Shown piece by piece: positions 57,694-64,000 of a stretch of DNA of 64,000 bases (positions within the stretch are counted from its first letter, which is position 1; each line of letters starts with the position of its first letter). The notes under the pieces are model-generated. The model had not been told where the DNA came from and searched no databases. It saw nothing but the letters and a program-made list of their open reading frames with translations. A program made the translations under genes and the position numbers. Source of the DNA: Syntrophales bacterium (lineage in GTDB: Bacteria; Desulfobacterota; Syntrophia; Syntrophales; UBA2210); NCBI GenBank assembly GCA_963662405.2, contig CAXXKT010000001.1:928001-992000 (forward strand). The letters are read 5' to 3'.

Positions 57694-60171
57694 TTATATA
57701 CCCAAGAGTCCGGGTTCATCGCCCTGCCCTTCATCGTCTTCCGATTGGGCGCGCTCCACCCGCGCTAATCCTACCAGCTTTTCACCTTCGGCCAGATCGA
57801 TGAGCTTGACTCCCTGGGTACTGCGGTGAAGTAGAGATACCTCTCCGACCCCCAGACGGATAATGTTTCCCGCATCACTGATCAGCATGATATCCTCATC
57901 GCCGGTCACCTGTTTGATCCCCGTCACACAGCCGATCTTGGACGTTGTTTTGAGGTTAATAATTCCCTTTCCCCCCCGTGACTGAAGTCGATATTCGGCA
58001 ATCTCCGTTTTTTTGCCGAACCCCTTTTCAGAAACGGTCAAGATTAAATTGCTGTCGGTGGTGACTTCCATACCGACGACTTCGTCATCCGGTGCAATCC
58101 GTATTCCGGTCACTCCCCGCGCGGTTCTCCCAATGGACCGGACATCTTGTTCATGAAACCGTATGGCGTTTCCCTTCCGGGCGCCGAGAAAGATATCCTG
58201 GTCGCCGTTCGTCTGCTTGACATCGATCAGCTCATCCCCGTCGTCGAGGGTCAGCGCTATGATACCGCCGGATCGGGGATTGGAATAGGCTATGAGATCG
58301 GTCTTCTTAATGATCCCTCTCCTGGTCGCCATGACGATAAATTTACCCGGGACAAACTCTCTTACCGGGAGAACAGCCGTAATTTTTTCATCCTGTGATA
58401 TGCCGATCAGGTTGACAATCGCCTTCCCTTTTGCTGCCCTTCCGGCCTGGGGAATCTGGTATATCTTCAGCCAGTATACCCGGCCCTTATTGGTAAAAAA
58501 GAGTATATGGTTGTGTGTTGAGGCGATAAACATTCGCTCGATAAAATCGTCTTCCTTCGTTCCCATTCCCACCTTGCCGCGACCGCCACGGTGCTGACTC
58601 CGGTAGAGACTGACCGGATTGCGCTTGATGTAGTTCTGATGGGATATGGTCACCACCATATCCTCTTCAACAATCATATCCTCGATCCCGATATCCGTGC
58701 TGCTGAGAACGATCTCCGTTCTTCTCTCATCACCATACCGCTTCTGGATCTCCTCCAGTTCCTCAACGATAATGTTCAAAACCTTCCGGGAATCTGCAAG
58801 TATCCCCTCCAGCCGCTTGACAAGAGCAGATATCTCGATGTGTTCTTCGCGTATCTTGTCGCGCTCCAGGCCGGTCAGGCGCTGCAGTCTCATCTCCAGG
58901 ATCGCCTTGGTCTGTTCCTCGCTCAGGCCGAACCGGGCCATCAGTTCTTCGGCAGCCGTCTTGGCGTTTTCGGATGCCTTGATAATCGCGATGACCTCGT
59001 CGATATTATCCAGGGCGATAATAAACCCCTCCAGTATGTGCAGCTTCTCCCTGGCCCGCGCGAGCTCATACATCGTCCGTCTGATAATAATCTCTTTCCT
59101 GAATTCGATAAACTTGACGAGGATCTCTTTCAGGTTCATGACCCGGGGCTGCCCCCGGTCAATGGCCAGCATGATGATGCCGAAGGTCGATTCCATCTGG
59201 GTGTGCTTGTAGAGCTGGTTGAGGATTACCCCCGACATTTCGTCCCGCTTCAGATCGATAACAATTCGCATCCCCTCACGATCCGATTCATCTCTCAGAT
59301 CTGAAATACCGCTGATCTTCTTTTCCTTGACCAGCTCCGATATCTTCTCGATGAGATTCGCTTTGTTCACCTGATAGGGGAGTTCGGTAATAACGATACT
59401 TTCCCTGTCATTACGGGAATTACGTTCAATGATAGCACGCGCCCTGATCCTGATGATACCGCGTCCCGTCCGGTAGGCGGAGACGATTCCGTCCCGGCCG
59501 TTGATAAAGCCGGCCGTCGGGAAATCGGGCCCCTTTATGAAGGTCATCAGGTCATCGACGGAAAGTTCCGGGTTGTGGATGAGTTCAATGATCCCATCGA
59601 CCAATTCGGTCAGGTTATGGGGGGGAATATTGGTCGTTAAACCAACCGCGATACCCGATGAACCATTCAGAAGAAGGGTCGGGATTCGTGCAGGAAGAAC
59701 CACTGGCTCCTGGAGAGAACCATCGTAGTTCGGAATAAAATCAACGGTATCCTTATCAAGATCGGCAAGCAGTTCATCGGCCAGTCGTGCCATCCTGATC
59801 TCGGTATATCGCATCGCGGCCGGCGGATCTCCGTCAACGGATCCGAAATTTCCCTGACCATCGATAAGCGGATACCGCATAGAGAAATCCTGAGCCATCC
59901 TGACGAGGGTATCATAGGCGGCCGAGTCTCCATGGGGATGATATTTACCGATGATGTCACCCACGATTCTCGCGGACTTCTTGTACGGCCTGTTCCACCG
60001 GTTTCCAAGATCGGACATCGCATACAATGCCCTCCGGTGAACCGGTTTGAGTCCGTCTCTGATATCAGGAATAGCACGTCCCACAATGACGCTCATCGCG
60101 TACTCCATGTAGGACTTTTGCATTTCTTTTTCTATCGTTACCGGTATGTTCCTCTGGAACAACTGATCCAT
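57694..60171 (-). CDS. gyrA: DNA gyrase subunit A
   Basis: [23 protein letters not shown] and GyrA-box QHRGGRG. Confidence 0.98.
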   Translation of the reverse strand: MDQLFQRNIPVTIEKEMQKSYMEYAMSVIVGRAIPDIRDGLKPVHRRALYAMSDLGNRWNRPYKKSARIVGDIIGKYHPHGDSAAYDTLVRMAQDFSMRYPLIDGQGNFGSVDGDPPAAMRYTEIRMARLADELLADLDKDTVDFIPNYDGSLQEPVVLPARIPTLLLNGSSGIAVGLTTNIPPHNLTELVDGIIELIHNPELSVDDLMTFIKGPDFPTAGFINGRDGIVSAYRTGRGIIRIRARAIIERNSRNDRESIVITELPYQVNKANLIEKISELVKEKKISGISDLRDESDREGMRIVIDLKRDEMSGVILNQLYKHTQMESTFGIIMLAIDRGQPRVMNLKEILVKFIEFRKEIIIRRTMYELARAREKLHILEGFIIALDNIDEVIAIIKASENAKTAAEELMARFGLSEEQTKAILEMRLQRLTGLERDKIREEHIEISALVKRLEGILADSRKVLNIIVEELEEIQKRYGDERRTEIVLSSTDIGIEDMIVEEDMVVTISHQNYIKRNPVSLYRSQHRGGRGKVGMGTKEDDFIERMFIASTHNHILFFTNKGRVYWLKIYQIPQAGRAAKGKAIVNLIGISQDEKITAVLPVREFVPGKFIVMATRRGIIKKTDLIAYSNPRSGGIIALTLDDGDELIDVKQTNGDQDIFLGARKGNAIRFHEQDVRSIGRTARGVTGIRIAPDDEVVGMEVTTDSNLILTVSEKGFGKKTEIAEYRLQSRGGKGIINLKTTSKIGCVTGIKQVTGDEDIMLISDAGNIIRLGVGEVSLLHRSTQGVKLIDLAEGEKLVGLARVERAQSEDDEGQGDEPGLLGI

Positions 60172-60297
60172 AACCTTGAAAAACCTTTCTTCCAGCTATA
60201 CTGATTTAGTAGTGATATCTCTATCCCACCCATCCCAACAGGCAGAGATATAAAGAGGGTGGATGAAAATCAGACCATCGATTCTCTTCTCCCCCGA

Positions 60298-63827
<3,530 letters not shown>

Positions 63828-63829
63828 AT

Positions 63830-64000
63830 CGTCACCTATTGTTTTGTAAATAATTTCTTAATAATAAAATATAGTAGTAATAGTAGGTATTGTGGATATG
63901 TGGAAAGACAGTATATAAATACCTTTTATTATTACTATACACTCCTCTTATTTATACTTGATAAGCCTGTTGTTAGAGGGTGTGAAGGGACAACTCTATT
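63830..64000. other. oriC: Part of the replication origin oriC (DnaA-trios plus tandem DnaA boxes, AT-rich)
   Basis: TAG TAG TAA TAG TAG (63872-63886) next to TGTGGATAT and TGTGGAAAG (63891-63907), in an AT-rich region directly upstream of dnaN. Confidence 0.8.

Overview
This is a chromosomal segment of an anaerobic, selenocysteine-using bacterium. A Desulfobacterota/Syntrophales-like origin is my inference from gene content. The right end holds oriC elements (tandem DnaA boxes plus DnaA-trios) followed leftward by dnaN-gyrB-gyrA-ubiE, and most genes lie on the minus strand, co-directional with a fork leaving that origin. Other contents: partial fbp, a tandem pair of dynamin/YfjP-like GTPases, about 16 kb of small accessory genes, a YbhFGSR/CecR-like efflux cluster with two +1 homopolymer frameshifts, tRNA-Val(CAC), an acetyl-CoA hydrolase-GNAT fusion, an NtrC-type two-component system, an M16 peptidase, a TAXI-TRAP/amine dehydrogenase/long-KamA operon, and an archease-rtcB-trxB-FmdB-lgt-CoA-disulfide reductase string. 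Signals the ORF track misses: (1) two selenoproteins with near-identically placed GGU-loop SECIS hairpins; (2) a candidate sigma54-driven structured RNA of about 540 nt downstream of the two-component system; (3) a possible new aminomutase/amine dehydrogenase pathway; (4) a 24-bp perfect inverted-repeat pair around four genes; (5) an internally deleted ADP-ribosylglycohydrolase pseudogene. No CRISPR array, integrase or transposase was seen. All family calls come from motif recognition by eye; no database searches were run.
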